DNA from: an uncultured Eubacteriales bacterium
Lineage (GTDB): Bacteria > Bacillota > Clostridia > Oscillospirales > Oscillospiraceae
Direction: 5' to 3'
NCBI GenBank assembly: GCA_900546295.1
Contig: URCK01000001.1
Location: 5,988-69,987 of the forward strand
Length of the DNA stretch: 64,000 nt
The translations under genes and the position numbers were made by a program. Below, piece by piece: positions 52,094 to 61,655 of this stretch; positions within the stretch are counted from its first letter, which is position 1; each line of letters opens with the position of its first letter. The notes beneath the pieces were generated by a model, which worked only from the letters and a program-made list of their open reading frames with translations, was not told where the DNA came from and did not search any database.

Positions 52094-52302
52094 CGGCGCG
52101 CAGGGTCGTCCGTCAGCCCGAGCAGGTAGTCGGTGCTGACGCGGTAGTAGTCGGCAAGCTTGATGACTGCCCACACAGGGATCTCCCGCTCGCCGCTCTC
52201 GTAGCGGCGGTACACGCTGCGGTGCATATTGAGCATATCCGCGATCTGCTGCTGCGTCTGGTCATTGTCCTCGCGCAGATCACGCAGTCGTTTGGTATCC
52301 AT
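52090..52302 (-). CDS. XRE family HTH regulator (70 aa)
   Basis: RLRDLREDNDQTQQQIA..YESGEREIP..LADYYRVSTDYLLG. Confidence 0.9.
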   Translation of the reverse strand: MDTKRLRDLREDNDQTQQQIADMLNMHRSVYRRYESGEREIPVWAVIKLADYYRVSTDYLLGLTDDPARR

Positions 52303-52424
52303 AAACAATCACCCGGTACAATGCTACCAAACGGCAACATTATTTCCGGTAATTGTGTCCAAACGGAGCCTTTTGTAGTATAACAGCAATCCTCGCCCCT
52401 GCCAAGGGGGAAATGCGGAGCAAA

Positions 52425-52720
52425 GGCGGCGAGCGAAGCAATGCCGCCAGTGCGCACCGCAGTCTGCCGCCGAGCAAACGTCACTCGCGCCCCACGGAGT
52501 AGGGCGCGGTTGATATCGGTAACGAAACGCAGAAGACTCGTGGCGAAGCCACGTACACCGCACCTACACTGCGCAGCGCGTGCAGCCCTTCAAGCCCCAG
52601 ACTCGCAATGCAAATTTTCTCTGGGTGGGTTTAAGGGAGGGATATCTCTTTTCAAAAAAGAGATATCCCTCCCTTGTTCATGCAGCGCCCGCAGGGCGCT
52701 GCCATCCCCCTGCGGGAAGC
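52425..52720 (+). repeat. Structured dispersed element, copy C
   Basis: Close reverse complement of copy A; tail IR AAGGGAGGGATATCTCTTTT/AAAAGAGATATCCCTCCCTT at 52633-52675. Confidence 0.85.
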
Positions 52721-52723
52721 TCC

Positions 52724-53062
52724 TTAGCCCGGAGGCCAGGTCATGTCGCGGCCGGAGAGCACATGGAAGTGCAGGTGCGGCACGCTCTGCCCCGCCTGCT
52801 CGCCAATATTGGACACGACGCGGTAGCTCTCGATGCCCATTTCCTTGGTGAGCCTCGCAATGACCTCGAAGATGTGCGCGATGACGGCGCTGTTTTCAGC
52901 GCTCACGCCCGCGACAGAAGCAATGTGCGTCTTCGGGATCACGAGGAAGTGCACAGGCGCCTGCGGCGCAATGTCGTAGAAGGCATAGCAGAGCTCGTCC
53001 TCATAGACCTTGTTCGAGGGGATCTCGCCCGCCGCGATCTTGCAGAACAGACAATCTGACAT
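52724..53062 (-). CDS. Histidine triad (HIT/HinT) protein
   Basis: CLFCKI, GQSVPHLHFH, WPPG. Confidence 0.95.
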   Translation of the reverse strand: MSDCLFCKIAAGEIPSNKVYEDELCYAFYDIAPQAPVHFLVIPKTHIASVAGVSAENSAVIAHIFEVIARLTKEMGIESYRVVSNIGEQAGQSVPHLHFHVLSGRDMTWPPG

Positions 53063-53099
53063 GTTGATTTCTCCTTTCTTTCTGTAAAGTTGTTTTGTT

Positions 53100-53273
53100 T
53101 TACACAAATTGATTTTTCTCGGAATTATAAGTATATCCAATGCCTGCAAGCGTTTTTTCGATGCTCTCGCGCTCCGCATCCAGATCGTCGCAGAGCGCAT
53201 CGAGAGAATCGTAAAAATCGCGCAGTTTCGTGTTCACGACACTCAGCAGCATCGCGGGGTCCTTGGGAAGCAT
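53100..53273 (-). CDS. DUF4250 family protein (57 aa; not in the ORF track)
   Basis: MLPKDPAMLLSVVNTKLRDFYDSLDALCDD..IGYTYNSEKNQFV. Confidence 0.85.
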   Translation of the reverse strand: MLPKDPAMLLSVVNTKLRDFYDSLDALCDDLDAERESIEKTLAGIGYTYNSEKNQFV

Positions 53274-53277
53274 CGCC

Positions 53278-55947
53278 TTAACCGAGCTTGCTGAGGATGA
53301 GATCGTCCACCGCTGCGAGCGCGTCGTCGACCTTGCTCACCTCGGTGCCGCCGCCCATGGCAGAGTCGGGCTTGCCGCCGCCCTTGCCGCCGCAGATGGG
53401 CGCGATGGCCTTGATGATGTCGCCGGCTTTGACGCCGCTTGCGACCGCGTCCTTGCCGCAGACTGCCAACAGCGTGACCTTGCCGTCGTTGACGGAGGCG
53501 AGCACGCCGACGATCTTCGGCTCCTTGTCGCGCAGGAAGTCGCCGAGCTTGCGCATGGCGTTTGCATCCATACCGTCGCGCTGGGCGGTGACGAGCTTGA
53601 GGCCCTTGACCTCCTTGGCGGAGGTCAGGAAGGAGCGCGCCTCGCCGAGGGACGCCTGCTCCTTGAACTTTTCAAGCTGGCTTCTGATCTCCTTCATCTC
53701 GCTGAGCATACCGCCGATGCGGCTCTCCAGCTCGTTCGACGTGGTCTTGAGGAGCTGAGAGGCGCGCATGAGCTTCTCCTGACCGCTTCTGAGCTCTTCG
53801 AGCGTCTGGCGGCCGGTGATGGCCTCGATGCGGCGCACGCCGGAGGCAACGCTGCCCTCGCTCTTGATGCGGAAGAGGCCGACCTTGGCGGTGTTGTCAA
53901 GGTGCGTACCGCCGCAGAACTCCATGGACACATCGCCCATCTCGACCACGCGGACGACGTCGCCGTACTTTTCGCCAAACATCGCGATGGCGCCCTTCTT
54001 CTTCGCTTCCTCGATGGGCAGCACCTCGGTCACAACGGGGATGCCGCGCAGGATCGCGTCGTTGACGAAGCTATCGACCGCGAGCAGCTGCTCGGGCGTG
54101 ATGGACTCAAAATGCGTGAAGTCGAAGCGCAGGCGGTCGGGCTCAACGAGAGAACCCGCCTGATGCACATGGTCGCCGAGCACCGCCTTGAGTGCGGCGT
54201 CGAGAAGGTGCGTGGCCGTGTGGCCGCGGCGGATGGCCATGCGGCGCTCCGCGTCGATGCTCGCCTCCACGGTCTCGCCAAGCTGGAAGCTGCCGTGGAT
54301 GACCTTGCCGCTGTGCATGAACTTGCCGCCCTTGTTCTTCTGAACATCCGTGACCTCAAACACGGCCTCGCCGCAGCGGATGACGCCCGTATCGCCGATC
54401 TGGCCGCCCATTTCGGCATAGAACGGAGTCTTGTCGAGCACGATGATGCCCTCCACGCCGCTCATCATAGCCTCAGCCTGCTCGCCCTCGACCACCAGCG
54501 CGACGACCTTCGCATCGTCGACGGAATCGTGGTCGTAGCCGACAAATTCGGTGGACGGAATGTCCTTGCCGAACTCAACGCCTGCCCAGCCGAGGTCGCC
54601 GAGCGCCTTGCGCGCCTCGCGGGCGCGGGTCTTCTGCTCCTGCATCTCGTGGTCAAAGGCCTTGCGGTCGAGCGTCATGCCCTCGTCCTCGACCATTTCG
54701 ACCGTCAGGTCGATGGGGAAGCCGTAGGTGTCGTACAGCTTGAACGCGTCCGCGCCGGAGAAGACGGTCTCTCCCTTTTCCTTGTGGGCGGAGAGAAGCT
54801 CGGTGAAGATCTTCATGCCGCCGTCGATGGTCTTGGCAAAGTTCTCTTCCTCCGTGCGGATGACCTTGGTGATATAGGCCTGACGCTCGCGCAGCTCGGG
54901 ATAGTGGCCCTCGTTCTCGTGCACGACCGTGTCCACGACCTCGTAGAGGAAGGGACGGTTGACGCCGAGGAGCTTGCCGTGGCGGGCGGCTCTTCTCAGC
55001 AGGCGGCGCAGCACGTAGCCGCGGCCCTCGTTGCTGGGCAGCACGCCGTCGCAGATCATGAAGGAGGCGGAGCGGATATGGTCGGTGATGACGCGCAGGG
55101 AAACGTCCTTCTCGCGGCTCTGGCCGTAGCTCGCGCCGGTGATCTCCGTGACCTTGTTGGTGATGTTCATCACGGTGTCGACATCGAAGAGGGAGTCGAC
55201 GTCCTGGCACACGACAGCAAGACGCTCAAGGCCCATGCCGGTGTCGATGTTCTTCTGCTTGAGCTCTTCGTAGTGGTCGTGGCCGTCGTTGTCGAACTGG
55301 GAGAAGACGATGTTCCAGACCTCCATATAGCGGTCGCAGTCGCAGCCGACGGTGCAGCTGGGCTTGCCGCAGCCGTACTTTTCGCCGCGGTCGTAGTAAA
55401 TTTCAGAGCAGGGGCCGCACGGACCGGAGCCGTGCTCCCAGAAGTTGTCTTCCTTGCCGAACTTGAAGATGCGGTCCTCAGGAATACCGATCTCCTCGTG
55501 CCAGATGCGGAACGCCTCGTCGTCGGCGGGCGTCGTTTCGTTGCCGGCGAAGACGGAGGGATAGAGACGGTTGGGGTCAAGGCCCACCCACTCGGGGCTT
55601 GTGAGGAATTCCCACGCCCAGTGGATGGCCTCGGTCTTGAAATAGTCGCCGAACGAGAAGTTGCCGAGCATTTCAAAATAGGTGCCGTGGCGGGCGGTGT
55701 GACCGATGTTTTCAATGTCACCGGTGCGGATGCACTTCTGGCAGGTGGTCACGCGGTTGCGCGGCGGCTCCTGCTCGCCGGTGAAAAAGGGCTTCATCGG
55801 TGCCATGCCGGAGTTGATGAGCAGCAGCGACGCGTCGTTCTGCGGGATCAGGGAAAAGCTGGGCAGGCGCAGGTGGCCTTTCGTCTCAAAGAAGTGCAGG
55901 AACATTTCCCGCAGCTCGTTGAGACCGTAATTCTTGGGCTGAGACAT
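53278..55947 (-). CDS. alaS: Alanine--tRNA ligase
   Basis: INSGMAP, FEMLGNFSFGDYFK, IDTGMGLER, HTATH, EFCGGTH, GKGGG. Confidence 0.98.
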   Translation of the reverse strand: MSQPKNYGLNELREMFLHFFETKGHLRLPSFSLIPQNDASLLLINSGMAPMKPFFTGEQEPPRNRVTTCQKCIRTGDIENIGHTARHGTYFEMLGNFSFGDYFKTEAIHWAWEFLTSPEWVGLDPNRLYPSVFAGNETTPADDEAFRIWHEEIGIPEDRIFKFGKEDNFWEHGSGPCGPCSEIYYDRGEKYGCGKPSCTVGCDCDRYMEVWNIVFSQFDNDGHDHYEELKQKNIDTGMGLERLAVVCQDVDSLFDVDTVMNITNKVTEITGASYGQSREKDVSLRVITDHIRSASFMICDGVLPSNEGRGYVLRRLLRRAARHGKLLGVNRPFLYEVVDTVVHENEGHYPELRERQAYITKVIRTEEENFAKTIDGGMKIFTELLSAHKEKGETVFSGADAFKLYDTYGFPIDLTVEMVEDEGMTLDRKAFDHEMQEQKTRAREARKALGDLGWAGVEFGKDIPSTEFVGYDHDSVDDAKVVALVVEGEQAEAMMSGVEGIIVLDKTPFYAEMGGQIGDTGVIRCGEAVFEVTDVQKNKGGKFMHSGKVIHGSFQLGETVEASIDAERRMAIRRGHTATHLLDAALKAVLGDHVHQAGSLVEPDRLRFDFTHFESITPEQLLAVDSFVNDAILRGIPVVTEVLPIEEAKKKGAIAMFGEKYGDVVRVVEMGDVSMEFCGGTHLDNTAKVGLFRIKSEGSVASGVRRIEAITGRQTLEELRSGQEKLMRASQLLKTTSNELESRIGGMLSEMKEIRSQLEKFKEQASLGEARSFLTSAKEVKGLKLVTAQRDGMDANAMRKLGDFLRDKEPKIVGVLASVNDGKVTLLAVCGKDAVASGVKAGDIIKAIAPICGGKGGGKPDSAMGGGTEVSKVDDALAAVDDLILSKLG

Positions 55948-56012
55948 AAGTTGGTTTCTCCTTTTATTGTAAAATTTCTTGTTGTTCGTTTTTTCTTCGG
56001 CGATGTGCCGTT

Positions 56013-56429
56013 TTATTTTCCTCGCACGTCCAAGCCGATCAGGTTCATCTCCGTATCGAATGCGATGCGGAATACCACGGACTTTTTGTCGTATTTTGCG
56101 CCGATGACAGCGATGGCGTGCGGCTCGTCCGCGTCTGTCACGCCTGTCACCATCGAATCCTTGACCTTTTTGAAACTGCCGCGCCCATCGGTCGCGGCGT
56201 CCATCATCTTTTTGATATCATCGGCGCTCGTCTGCTCGCGCACGTCCTCGCGCAGCGCGTCGTAGACCTCTTCATATTCGCCTTTCGTCAGCTGCGACAT
56301 GACGGCAAGTCCCGCGCGCGAGACCTCGTCCTCGTCCATGCCGTCGGGCAGCTTATTGCCCTTGCAGCCGCTCAGCACGAGAAGAAGGAGCATTGCAAGC
56401 GACGCGATCAGGTATCCTCTTTTTCGCAT
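56013..56429 (-). CDS. Lipoprotein, DUF3887-like
   Basis: Lipobox LSGC; C-terminal VFRIAFD..LIGL pattern. Confidence 0.7.
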   Translation of the reverse strand: MRKRGYLIASLAMLLLLVLSGCKGNKLPDGMDEDEVSRAGLAVMSQLTKGEYEEVYDALREDVREQTSADDIKKMMDAATDGRGSFKKVKDSMVTGVTDADEPHAIAVIGAKYDKKSVVFRIAFDTEMNLIGLDVRGK

Positions 56430-56446
56430 AATCCTGTTCCTTTCTA

Positions 56447-56682
56447 AAAAAACAAAGCCTCCGTCCCTATCCATAGGGGCGAAGGCTTTTATGCTTCACG
56501 GTACCACCCTAATTATCCTTTCCCCGTGGGAAAGGCATCTTAGCCGTCCGGTAACGGAGACGAGACGTTCCACTCTTCGCGGACTGCTCCAAAGCGGCTG
56601 CTTCGCACCGGTCGCCGAGGGCTTTCACCATCCCCCTCTCGCTTCAGACTCGTTTGCAAAGCTAACTTTTTCATCGCGTTTC
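56447..56682 (-). promoter_or_regulatory. T-box riboswitch, Ala specifier
   Basis: GCGATGA start, GAGAG/GGTGAAA stem I, specifier GCC (56596-56598), AGGGTGGTACCGTG, terminator with T-run. Confidence 0.88.
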
Positions 56683-56730
56683 ATGCGTGATATTATATCC
56701 CAAATCTCATTTTTGTCAAGCAACAGATCA

Positions 56731-58011
56731 TCACAACAACGGTATCTTTTTCATCAGTTCCGCTTCCGAGATAATTTTCGTAGGGGTGGCGTCCGATACA
56801 AAGATCATGCTGTCATAAAGCACTGCGGGCGGCTGAAACATCCGATAGCTTGGCGGGAGCAGCCGCATCAGGAGCGAATAGCTTTCTCCCAGATTCCCGA
56901 GAGTGGTGTATTCAGCAATCTCGCCGCCAAGTTCCGAGTGTTCCGGGATTTTTGCAAAATCAAGCCAGCAGCGATCATATCCGGCGAGTTTTGCCGCCTT
57001 AGCCAAGGGGTCATGGGAATAAAACACCTGCTCGGTGCGTTTGCCGGATGACCTCGCCGGCAGATTGCAGCGCGTTTTATAAAAATCCGTACCGATCGCA
57101 TAGTAACCATTCTCTGCGTCCTCGGACAATATTTTCCCCATGGAGTCGTAGCTGCCCCATTTTGCAACATGGCTGTTGTGACCCGTTACAAAGATGCGTT
57201 CATGGCCGCGCTGCTGCTCCTGCTGAAAGATCCACTTCACATTTTCCGCCATGAATTCATCTCGCAGCGCGCCGCCGTCAGCGGTCGGCACGCTTTGCAA
57301 TTCGCAATATTGCAGCAGCATATCCGCATAATGGAGCGTCTTGTCGGATGCGCCGCTGCTTTCCAGTTCATTCTTTACCCGTGAGAAAATCTCTGTCTGC
57401 GCAGAGAGACCGTATGCGGGGTTCAAATTCTCTCCCTCCGCGAGCTTCTCCAACTCGGTCGTGTCGATGTTCGATTCCGCGCAGCCTTCCATCAAAAATT
57501 GAAGCGTGCGGGAAATTCTCTGCATATCAAAGCCGTAAAAGCGAACATCCTCCCCCGCCGAAGCGTTTTCGTTGTATTCACGCAGATAGGAGACGAGTTC
57601 TGTCATCTCCTCCGTTCGATAAATGGCAAAGCCGATCGCAGCCGCAGCCTCCTGCGCAGTTCCCTCCCCGCCGTGGATATACCGATCGACCGCTTCGCAT
57701 CCGCCGCAGTCGCCCTCAAGCGCAAACGCCCTGACGCCGCGCTCTTCGAGCAGTTTTTTGAAGACCTCCAGCTTCAATCGCTGGAATTCAACGTTTCCGT
57801 GCGTTGCCTCGCCCAGTGCGATGATCTTTTTCTCTTCCGGGATAGAAAGGGCTTCCACCGGGAGCGCATATTCTTGAAGCTCATCCACATTGGCGGCTTC
57901 CCCTGTGGAAAAACCGCCGAAACGCATGAAGACAATTAACAACAACAGCGCGGCGAACATCGCTCCCAATAGAATATATCTGATCTTGCATTTTTCTTTT
58001 TTCTTCATCAC
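56731..58011 (-). CDS. Erythromycin esterase family protein with N-terminal membrane anchor
   Basis: ALGEATHG, FALE, FYGFDMQ, RDEFMAENV.W, GHNSHV. Confidence 0.85.
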   Translation of the reverse strand: MMKKKEKCKIRYILLGAMFAALLLLIVFMRFGGFSTGEAANVDELQEYALPVEALSIPEEKKIIALGEATHGNVEFQRLKLEVFKKLLEERGVRAFALEGDCGGCEAVDRYIHGGEGTAQEAAAAIGFAIYRTEEMTELVSYLREYNENASAGEDVRFYGFDMQRISRTLQFLMEGCAESNIDTTELEKLAEGENLNPAYGLSAQTEIFSRVKNELESSGASDKTLHYADMLLQYCELQSVPTADGGALRDEFMAENVKWIFQQEQQRGHERIFVTGHNSHVAKWGSYDSMGKILSEDAENGYYAIGTDFYKTRCNLPARSSGKRTEQVFYSHDPLAKAAKLAGYDRCWLDFAKIPEHSELGGEIAEYTTLGNLGESYSLLMRLLPPSYRMFQPPAVLYDSMIFVSDATPTKIISEAELMKKIPLL

Positions 58012-58052
58012 CGATAATACCTCATAACATTTGCAACGTTCTTGTTTCTCAA

Positions 58053-58406
58053 TTACCGTACTTCGTGCAGCAATTCTTCGGCCGAAAGGTCAAACAGCTT
58101 TGCAAGGGCAATCAAGTTCGAAGTGCTCGGGTCAGACGTTCCGTTCTCCCATTTGGAAACCGCCTGCCTGCTTACACCGACCGACTCTGCTACAAATTCC
58201 TGCGTCATTTTGCACTCTTCACGATGCTGTTTCAAAACCTCGCCCAGCGATCGTTTGATCTCAGCTTTTTCTTTTCTGACATCTTTTGACCTGATGTATC
58301 GGATCAGCGCTTTTATGAGGACGATCCCCAAGACCACAAATGTGACGATCACCGAAAGGCCGAGCAAAAGAACAACAGCAAAGGAAGCCACGCCCACAAG
58401 TTCCAT
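58053..58406 (-). CDS. XRE HTH regulator with N-terminal TM helix
   Basis: Hydrophobic N-terminus; MTQEFVAESVGVSRQAVSKWENGTSDP. Confidence 0.85.
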   Translation of the reverse strand: MELVGVASFAVVLLLGLSVIVTFVVLGIVLIKALIRYIRSKDVRKEKAEIKRSLGEVLKQHREECKMTQEFVAESVGVSRQAVSKWENGTSDPSTSNLIALAKLFDLSAEELLHEVR

Positions 58407-58666
58407 ATCATCACCTCCCAACGGCTCTATGGTAGCGATTTCCCGCATTTTTCGCCACCAACTATCGCGATATTATCGGTTGCGTTCCGGTTGCAAGTGT
58501 AAAATACCGCCCTTTTCCGCGCAAAAAGGACACAAAAGCGTTTTCAGTATATCACGGCGGCGGTCAAAAAGACAGCGCTGCCTGAGTCTTCGCCGAAACC
58601 CGCCCTTGCCTTTGTGCGGAAAATGGCATATACTGCTTTCGTTTGATGAATGAAGGGAGAAGCATT

Positions 58667-59626
58667 ATGAACCGTTCCCGTTCCGGCTATATTTATATCG
58701 TCCTCTGCGCCGTGATCTTCAGCACGATGGAGGTCATGCTCAAAACGGTGCATGGCGTGTTCGCGCCCATGCAGATCACCTGCCTGCGTTTTCTCGTCGG
58801 CGGCGTGCTGCTCATTCCCTTCGCCGTGCGCTCGATCAGGAAAAAGAACGCCGTACTCACGCGCAAGGACCTCGGCTTCTTTGCGTGCGCGGGCTTTCTG
58901 TGCGTCGTCATCGCCATGACGCTCTATCAGATGTCCGTCACCTATACGCGCGCGTCCATCGTCGCGGTCATTTTCTCCTGCAATCCAATCTTCGTCACGA
59001 TGCTCGCGCACCTTCTGCTGCACGAGGATATCCATAAAAACCACATCATCGCGCTCATTCTTGAGCTCACCGCCGCGTTCATCATCATCGACCCTATCCA
59101 CGCTTCGCTCGACCCCACGGGCGCGCTGCTCGCCATTTTATCCGCCGCCATGTTCTCCTTTTACAGCGTGTTCGGCAAAAAGCGCACGCCGCGCTTCGGC
59201 GGCATCGCCGTCACCTGCCTGAGCTTCCTCTTCGGCGCATCGGAGCTTACCCTTCTGCTGCTCTTCGGCCGCACGGCGGCGGGTGCGTCGCTCTACGGCG
59301 CAATGGGGCTGAAGATCTTCATCGACGTGCCGCTCTTTGAAAATATCCCCCTCTCCGCCCTGCCCGCGCTTCTTTATATCTGCTGCATCAACTCGGCAGC
59401 AGGCTTCGTCTGCCACATGATGGCCATGGAGAAAACCTCCGCGCAGGAGGCGTCGCTCATCTTCTTCCTGAAGCCCATTATCGCGCCGATCTTCGCGCTC
59501 ATTTTCCTCAAGGAGGAAATCCCGCTCAACATGATCGTCGGCATCGTCTGCTTTCTCGCAGGCTCGCTGTGCGCGATCCTGCCGGGTCTCCTCGCCCAGC
59601 GCAGAGCGCTGAAAACATCCAAATAA
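58667..59626 (+). CDS. EamA/DMT family transporter
   Basis: ~10 TMs in two EamA repeats; LRFLVGG, NPIFV..LA..LLHE. Confidence 0.88.
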   Translation: MNRSRSGYIYIVLCAVIFSTMEVMLKTVHGVFAPMQITCLRFLVGGVLLIPFAVRSIRKKNAVLTRKDLGFFACAGFLCVVIAMTLYQMSVTYTRASIVAVIFSCNPIFVTMLAHLLLHEDIHKNHIIALILELTAAFIIIDPIHASLDPTGALLAILSAAMFSFYSVFGKKRTPRFGGIAVTCLSFLFGASELTLLLLFGRTAAGASLYGAMGLKIFIDVPLFENIPLSALPALLYICCINSAAGFVCHMMAMEKTSAQEASLIFFLKPIIAPIFALIFLKEEIPLNMIVGIVCFLAGSLCAILPGLLAQRRALKTSK

Positions 59627-59633
59627 GCAAAGC

Positions 59634-59671
59634 AAAAGGGGGGCGCTCAAGCAGAGCGTGCCCCCTTTTTT
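59634..59671. terminator. Bidirectional terminator
   Basis: AAAAGGGGGGCGCTC...GAGCGTGCCCCCTTTTTT. Confidence 0.7.
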
Positions 59672-59675
59672 CTTC

Positions 59676-61553
59676 TCAGTCGGCTTCGTAGCCGAGATAT
59701 GTCTCGAACACACAGTTCATGGTCTCGAGATCATAGTAAGCCGCGGTGTTGAGGTCCAGGACCTCAATGAGTCCGCCGCGCAGGGCGACCTGCCGGTACC
59801 ATTTTTCACCGTGCATCGTCAGACTTTCGATGGGCGTGCCGTCGTCTCGGTAATAGCGGAGGACAACGCCGTTTTCATCGGCGTCATACACGCTCAGCAA
59901 GCCCGGCGCATCGCTGCCGAGAGCTTCATCATCAAATCGGTTGGCGTTCTCGACGGCATAGGTCGGCTCGATGTAGTCTTCGCCCGGCGCGCCGTCCAGC
60001 GCGTCAAACGCATCCCACGCCATCTCGCCGGTCTTGCCGGTGGAAAGGTCATAATAGCGGATGTTTTGGTAGGTATCGTCGTTGACCCAGCCGATTGAAA
60101 GGCGATCGCCGCTGCGGTGTCCGCTGGGATCGCCTCCCCACATGAGACTGGAGATCATATTCTCCACGTCCTCGTCGGAAATGCCCATCTCCTGATAGGA
60201 AAGTTTCTGCGTGACCTTGCCGAATGTGTCCGTCACAGTCAGTGCGTCGTCGCCGAAGAGCAGCAGGCCGTGCCTGCTCGCGCTCAGCGCGCGATAGCTC
60301 TCCTCCATGACCCAGCTGCCGTCCGCTGCTGCGACGGTATAGCGCTCTTCAAAGCCGTCGATCCTGTTCGACTGCTGCCCCTGCACCAGCGCCAGCAGCG
60401 GCATGGGGTGCTGCGCATGATCCTCATAATAGCTCGGATAAAAGACGTTCGAGTACACCACGTCCGTCACAGCCACGCCGTCGAGCGTCATCAGGCCGTA
60501 GAGGCAGCCTGTCGCGGCGGGCCAGTCGTCCATCAAGCGCCGCCCCGCATAGGGAACGAGCAGACCGTAGTCATCCGCCGCCTTCAGCTCGCCCATGTAT
60601 CCTTCACTCAGGCGCGCGCCGACCTGCGGCACGGTCTTGGGGAAGGTCCCGACGTCGAGGATGGAGACATAGCCCTCCTTGGCGATGAGCGTCTGCCCCT
60701 CCTCGCCGAGCAGCCAGTCGAAGAGCACCTTGTTCGGCGCGCTCTTAGGCTCGCCCGCCGGGATAACGACATATTTCGGGTTCACGAGCGGATAGGTCTC
60801 CGAACGGATGGTCTCGGGGTTCGGCTCCACGCCCTCGAGCTTCAGGAGCTTGAGACCCTGCGCCATCTTCATCTCCTCGGCGTAGTAGTAAACGCTGTAG
60901 CCAATGGCGCCGGGCGAGCCGTCGAAGCTCTTGACGGCCTCCATCAATTGCCCCATCGTGGTCACGATGTACTCCGTCGGCGCTTCCATCATGGGCGTAC
61001 CCTGCATGACGAGCTTTTCCATCAGTGTCTGGCTGCCCGCGCCCTCGTTGCGCTGCAGCGCCGTGATGGGGCGGTCCTCGCCGCCAAGTTCTTTCCAGTT
61101 CGTGATCTTGCCGGAGTAAATGTCCCGCGCCTGCTCGACGGTGATGGAGTCAACGGGGTTATCCTCATTGACGACGAAAACGAACGCGTCGGTCGCGAAG
61201 GGCTGCTTCTCCCACTCGAAGTTCAGCTCCTTCTTCCGCACCATGACATCGTCATTCGCCTCGCCGACGATCAGCATATCCGCGTTGCCCTCGAGCAGGT
61301 TGAAGTAGGCTGTCGTGGTCTTGTTGAAGTGGACAAGGTCCTGTACCTCCTCCCGGCTTTCGCCGAGGACCTCCGCGCACACGGCAAGCGCCAGCGGCAC
61401 GGTGGAGGTCGAGCCGTCCAGCCGCGGCATATTGTCGCGCGTGAAGGTGATGGACGGCGCAGCGTCCGCCGTTTTTTCGCCGTTCATCGAACAGGCCGCA
61501 TAGAGGGAAAGCATCAGCACAAGGCAGAGAAGCATCGCGAGGGGGCGTTTCAT
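59676..61553 (-). CDS. PstS-like substrate-binding lipoprotein with ~320-aa C-terminal extension
   Basis: Lipobox YAAC; RLDGSTST, DAFVFVVN, YSGKITNWKELGG, QRNEGAGSQ. Confidence 0.8.
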   Translation of the reverse strand: MKRPLAMLLCLVLMLSLYAACSMNGEKTADAAPSITFTRDNMPRLDGSTSTVPLALAVCAEVLGESREEVQDLVHFNKTTTAYFNLLEGNADMLIVGEANDDVMVRKKELNFEWEKQPFATDAFVFVVNEDNPVDSITVEQARDIYSGKITNWKELGGEDRPITALQRNEGAGSQTLMEKLVMQGTPMMEAPTEYIVTTMGQLMEAVKSFDGSPGAIGYSVYYYAEEMKMAQGLKLLKLEGVEPNPETIRSETYPLVNPKYVVIPAGEPKSAPNKVLFDWLLGEEGQTLIAKEGYVSILDVGTFPKTVPQVGARLSEGYMGELKAADDYGLLVPYAGRRLMDDWPAATGCLYGLMTLDGVAVTDVVYSNVFYPSYYEDHAQHPMPLLALVQGQQSNRIDGFEERYTVAAADGSWVMEESYRALSASRHGLLLFGDDALTVTDTFGKVTQKLSYQEMGISDEDVENMISSLMWGGDPSGHRSGDRLSIGWVNDDTYQNIRYYDLSTGKTGEMAWDAFDALDGAPGEDYIEPTYAVENANRFDDEALGSDAPGLLSVYDADENGVVLRYYRDDGTPIESLTMHGEKWYRQVALRGGLIEVLDLNTAAYYDLETMNCVFETYLGYEAD

Positions 61554-61590
61554 AAAAAGCACGTCCTTTCTGAGTTGTTTCTACCCTCTA

Positions 61591-61617
61591 TGACGCAGCA
61601 ATGCGCAAAAAAGTTCC
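61591..61617 (-). promoter_or_regulatory. ECF-sigma-type promoter candidate
   Basis: GGAACT-N16-CGTCA upstream of the lipoprotein gene. Confidence 0.5.
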
Positions 61618-61655
61618 CGCCGCGCAGAAAAAATCTGCACAGCGAGAACGTATCT

